NCBI GenBank assembly: GCA_017427405.1
Contig: JAFRSV010000011.1
Coordinates: forward strand, 8,703 to 72,702
Direction: 5' to 3'
From: Alphaproteobacteria bacterium
GTDB lineage: Bacteria; Pseudomonadota; Alphaproteobacteria; Rs-D84
Length of the DNA: 64,000 nucleotides
Both the position numbers and the translations under genes were made by a program. Positions 42,701 through 48,700 of this stretch are shown in pieces. Each line of letters starts with the position of its first letter. The first letter of the stretch is position 1. Below the pieces are notes generated by a model. The model ran no database searches, had not been told where the DNA came from, and saw only the letters and a list, made by a program, of their open reading frames with translations.

Positions 42701-45700
42701 ATAGTGGCACCGACCGTGGATGAATCACATTGTCAAAATGAAGGTCAAACCTTTACTAGATGGAAGGCCATCAGACATCCCGCAATTACCATTCAGGCCG
42801 GTAATTCATACTATTGGGAACATCGTTTTGATGAAGATTTTACCCCAGATTGGACGGCTAATAACTATAATGTGAAATATGTATGCAATGGCGTAACCGT
42901 TGCAACAGACAGTGCAACATACGGTGCAACATATACTGTATTTAATCATAATAGTTTAAGTGGATGTACGGTGCCCGCGGGCAAAGAATTCGGCGGGTGG
43001 GGATTCAGCAATGACGGCATAACACCGTATTTGGGTGAATATTCTGACGGCGATCAATTCCCGTGGAACTACACGGTACCCAAACCAACATTTACGGCAA
43101 TATGGAGTAACTGCGGAATAGGCGAATACTGGGATGGGGAAAAATGCTATCCATGTCCAGAAGGTTTCCAAAACAACCCTAATGCAATCGGAATAGAACA
43201 GTGTTATGGTAATTGTTATTGGACCTGCCGGCCAGAGGGATGTCCAAGACCGCCATTGCCAGAAGGAATGTCTTCGTGCACATATGAACACGAAGGTGAA
43301 GAACAGCCTGGTATAATGTTTAATAATGGGTTGAACCAATGTTTACCCCAAGGTGAAACAAGTGTGCCATTGTGTAATAAAAACATAATTTGCGAAGAAG
43401 GTTACGATTTGTTCGGTGACGAATGTGTGGCAAGAAGTACATATACTATCATACTTGATTCTCGTATTATGGTTAATGGCGTGACTCAAGGAAATTCAGC
43501 GCGTCCGGCGATATTGTTCACGCGTTGGCATACTGGGGTATACAAAAATTCCTTGATGAGACCCGAAGACAAAATGACACCAACAAATAATCCGCTGAAT
43601 GATAATACACCAAGTAAATTCGTCAGGGTAACACTTGATGGTAATGGCGCGATATTTGCCTGGAATGGTACCGAAGGTCAACAGATAGTACAAAATATCC
43701 CACTTGATTTTGATGGTTTCTATGATGTTTCTGAAACTGACCCTGTAATAGGTAGAGATCGTTATATTACCACTTATGGTGATGCCGTTGGCCAGGCCGC
43801 TACTGCAGAACAAACATGGCATGCAATATGGGGTGAAGGTAATGTCCGTGTTCCGGTTATAAGTCGTGATGGTTATACTTTTGACGGTTGGTATACCGAA
43901 CGAGATGGAGGAACCCTTGTATCAAGGGGTGGTGATGTAAGTGTTTCACCAGATTATAACGTAACATGGTATGCACATTGGAGCATCGATCAAGATTATG
44001 TGACATATGACTGTGACGATGGTGATGGTGGCACCGGGGGTACTGGACAAGATACAGAACATCCTGTGCATTATAATGGGTCTTATACCGTCTTGCAGAA
44101 CATGATTGTGAACGGCGGGGTTGTTGATTGCCATAAGGATGCCGATGTATCCGCTGGAAGAAGATATCACGTGTTTGAAAATTGGACCCTCAATTTGAAT
44201 AACAGAAACTATCAACCTGGGTATCTATTCAATCCTTGGACTTTCACCGTCGATAACCCAACGTTCAATGCAAATTATAAAGAATGTCCAAATGGGTGGT
44301 ATTTTGACGGTTCGTGCAAACAGTGCCCATATGGCTATCCGTATTCCAACACAGATGCAACATTGCCACAGCATTGTTACAAGAATGATTGTGAACTTCC
44401 TTGTGCTCAGGTTTGCCCGCCGCGCGAAGCGCAAGAACCGGGTGTCCTTGGGTGTACTTACACCACGGTGAATTATACTGGCACGGAGTATTATGAAGGT
44501 TCCTGTAATGCCGCGGTCCAAAATTGTTCTTGGCGGGTTTGGTGCAATGAAGGCGCTGGTTATGTCTCTGATGCTAATGGTGAACATTGTGTAAGACAGG
44601 ATCAATATGAAATCACATTGGATCCAAATGGTGGTACGGTCGGTCAGGAAAAACTCTATACGATTCATAATACCGGGGTGTATTTGGATTCTGACCGGAC
44701 ACGGCAAATGAGTGCTTATAACAATTATTTGACCAATTTGCCACAGAAAAGTGCGGTTGCAACATTTGATTGTAATCCGGAATGCAGTGCTCCTGTGTCG
44801 CCTGTAAGTGTTGAACTGGCATTTAATGGATATTATGAAAGACAATCGGGTGGTGAAAAGTATATAAACAAATTTATGGACAATGGCGTTGCCAAGGGTG
44901 TCATTACCAGTGATGGTAATACAGCGGGCAAGGGCTATACCACTAATGCCACATGGTTTGCACAATGGTCGGAGGCATCAATCGGAAATTCGCGGTGGCC
45001 GGCCAATCCGACGCGTCCCGCCACGTCGTGTGGTGTGACATATGGATTTGTTGATTGGTATACCATGGCAAATGGTGGGACACCGGTTTCGTATAACACA
45101 CCGGTATCCGAAGATGTGACATGGTACGCCCATTGGTGCGAAAGTTGCCCGACCGGTGCAATAGCCAACGGTTCGTGCAGTGCGCCAAGTTGCAAGGCCA
45201 CATTTACGTGTAACGCCGGGTATTATTGGAACGCGGATGATTGCAGTTGCGTTCTGTCGCCAGATACAAGGTTCACATTGACGTATAAGCCAAACGGCGG
45301 AACACCAACACAGCCGAGAACACAAAGTTTGGCATACGGTGAAACGTTCACAACATTGGGTGGCGATACGTTTACCAAGAGTGGCGAAGTACTTTGCCGT
45401 TGGGATGAAGAAAATCACGCGTCATCCAATACATTCCCAGAGGCTGTTGCGGAACTTTCAACAGAATATACCTATCTCAATGAAGAAAATATAACGTTGT
45501 TGGCACGTTGGGCACAGTGTCAGTGCACCCAAGGTGCAGCAGGGGTCCAGGGTTGTTCTTTCTCGGTTGTGAATAATGCCTGTGTTCCGACTGTTACCTG
45601 TATGCCTGGGTACATTCCAAACGGAACACCGACATGTACCGGCGAATGCAATGCAACCTGTGATACATCCAATTCGTGCAGGCAATGCACAGCTGGCACA

Positions 45701-48700
45701 TATCAGGACGGCAATGAGTGTAAACCGTGTCCATCTGGCTTTACATCAAACGCCGGTGCGACATCATGTTATGGAAACACGATAACAATTGATTGGGATG
45801 AAAATGGTGGAAACCCGATTGATAATGGCAGTTGTCAGTATTGCATCAATGACAACAGTCAACCGGCATGGGCACAGTGCAACAGCGCAGATAACAATCT
45901 GACCTTGGCGAATGCACCGTCACATAGCAACTCTGCTATGCAATTCCTTAGGTGGAAATTGGCCAATGGTGACATTGGACTCGCGGGTGCATCCGTAATG
46001 TGTGACTTTACCCATGTTGGGGTGTATAGTGGAACAAGCACCGCAATTCAGGCACAATGGAACGAATGTAAGTGCAATTATCCATTGAATCCGCATGTGG
46101 CGTGGTGTCAGGCATGGTTTGCAGACGGCGAATGTAAGTATATGAATGGATGTGATGCCGGATACGAATCTGATCCGTTAACGGTGTATACCCCGGTTGC
46201 GGTATGTAATCCGAAAAATTATAATATAACATATAATTGCGGCGTTGGCGCAACCGGCACACCGTTAATTTCCGCGGATACGGCCACATATGATGATACA
46301 TATATCGTAAAGAATGCGGGTGGGGTAAATTGTCAAAAGGTCGGTTTTAATTTTGTTGGTTGGTTATTCGATGGTGACAATTACTTGCACCAGGCGGACG
46401 ACCGTATCACATGGACATATACATCTAATAAAACCTTTACCGCACAATACAGTCAATGCGCGGCGGGTGAAGTATGGGTAGATGGCGCGTGCAAACCATG
46501 TACTTGCTCACAGGATAATTGGAGTTCTGGTGTCGCATCATGTACGGCAAGTCCATCGTCGATTAGCACCTGTTCTGCGGTTGTCACTTGTGACACTGGT
46601 TATAATAATCCGCAAGGGAATTGCAATGGTGCGACATGTTCGGCCCAGTGTGACCAGATTCAATCCAATGCCATTTATGAATGCGGAATTGGCGCAACAG
46701 GTCCTGCGCCGGCCACGGAAACGATGAACTATGGTGCGACACACACGGTCAAAGGCCAGGCAAGTTGCGCCAAATCTGGTTACACCTTTAACGGTTGGAA
46801 CTTTACTGGGACAAATGAAAATTATAACCCCGGCGCAACGGTTCAATGGAATTATGAAACGAATCAAACCTTTACAGGTAATTGGTGCGAAAATTGTGTT
46901 CAACCTGATCATGGGGAATGTTCCTTGAATGCGGGTGTTGCCGGAATGTGTTCATACAATTGTAATTGTAATTCTGGTTATACACTTGTTGGGGGTGTAT
47001 GTACCGCGTACCCGGTATGCGAACCTGATGATTCATTAACAATCACATACCGTCCAAATGGTGGTATGAATAATGGCGTCCTTGGGCAACCGGTGATACA
47101 AAATGTCACATACGGTGCCGGGTTTATAACCAAACCGGGAACCATATTTACCAAGAAAAACAGTATTATCACCGCATGGGATCATGTCGAAGGTGGCGAT
47201 TATCCAGAATTGAATCGTTGGTATGTATACAATACCGATATTGACACCATATTGAACGCACATTGGGAACAGTGCACATGCGCCACAGGCAACGGCGTGT
47301 CATCTTGTACAACAAGTTCTACAAGTGAAAATGCTTGCGCCTGCGCGGGTGAATGTGCTGCTCGTTACATAAACGGCGGTTGTAGTTGCAACGGAACAAG
47401 TACCTGCACACAAACTTGTACGGAATGTCCGGCCGGGTACATATCCAACGCAGATCAAACAGAATGTGTTATTTGTCCAGAAAACACGTATCAATCGGGC
47501 AATACTTGCGAACCGTGTCCAACTGGCTACACATCGCCGGCGGGTTCGACATCAATTGACGCATGCTATGATAATCCGATTCCTTATACGGTGCACTATT
47601 CGTCAAACAATGGTTTGGATCAAACGGAAACTCAACCTGTCACATATGGGGCAACATTTACAACCCTTGGCGGAACGACATTCACGTATGATAACCACAT
47701 CATGACCCGTTGGAATAAAATAAGTGGCGGTGACTATACAGAATTGTCGCACCCATACGAATACGGTGTCCAAGAAGATACGTTCCTAAAGGCACAATGG
47801 GCACAATGTACATGTGCCACGGGCAATGGGGTGTCATCTTGTACAACAAATTCTACAAGTGAAAATGCTTGCGCTTGCACGGGCGAATGCGCCGCGGGTT
47901 ATGTAAAGGGTGAGTGTTCTTGCTCTGGAAATACATGCACGCAATCTTGCACAAAGTGCGCGGATAATCAGGTTGAAATAAACGGTGTTTGTGTTGATTG
48001 CTCTTGTTCGGCCGATGGTAATGGGGTTGTTTCGGGATGTGGATTTGTATCAAACGAAAATAACGTTTGCAATTGGGGAACAACAACTTGCGATACCGGA
48101 TACAACAATCCTGGGGATCTTGTCTGCACGGATCTTGTACATAACAATAATTGCACAGCAACATGTACCTTGGGTGGTTCGAACGCAGTTTATAAATGTG
48201 GTACCGGAATTGGTGCGGGGTACAGCACATATGTAAACTATGGCGCAACACACACAATCCTGACGAATGCGTTTGTTGGATGTTACCGTGATAATTCAAC
48301 GTTCGCGGGTTGGGCATTCAATGGCGATAACACCATATACTTTGATAATGTTGGTGCAACGGTCGCATGGAATTATACAACTGACAAGGAATTTGAAGCA
48401 AAATGGTGTTCAAATTGTCCTGTTGTTGAACATGGAACCAACCTGTTGACCATCCCAGAACCGGGTTATTGTCGTTGCGATTTGACATGCGATACGGGGT
48501 ATCATGTGGAAAATGGCGCATGTGAACCGAATGTTTATCCGAATGAAAACGGTATCACATACAAACCAAATGGTGGAACACCAAATCAGAATTATACGCA
48601 ATCCGTGACATATGATGCACCGTTCACAACGCTTGATTGGAGTGTGGAACATTATACCAAGGCGCACCATATCTTAACACGTTGGGCTGTTGAATCCGGT

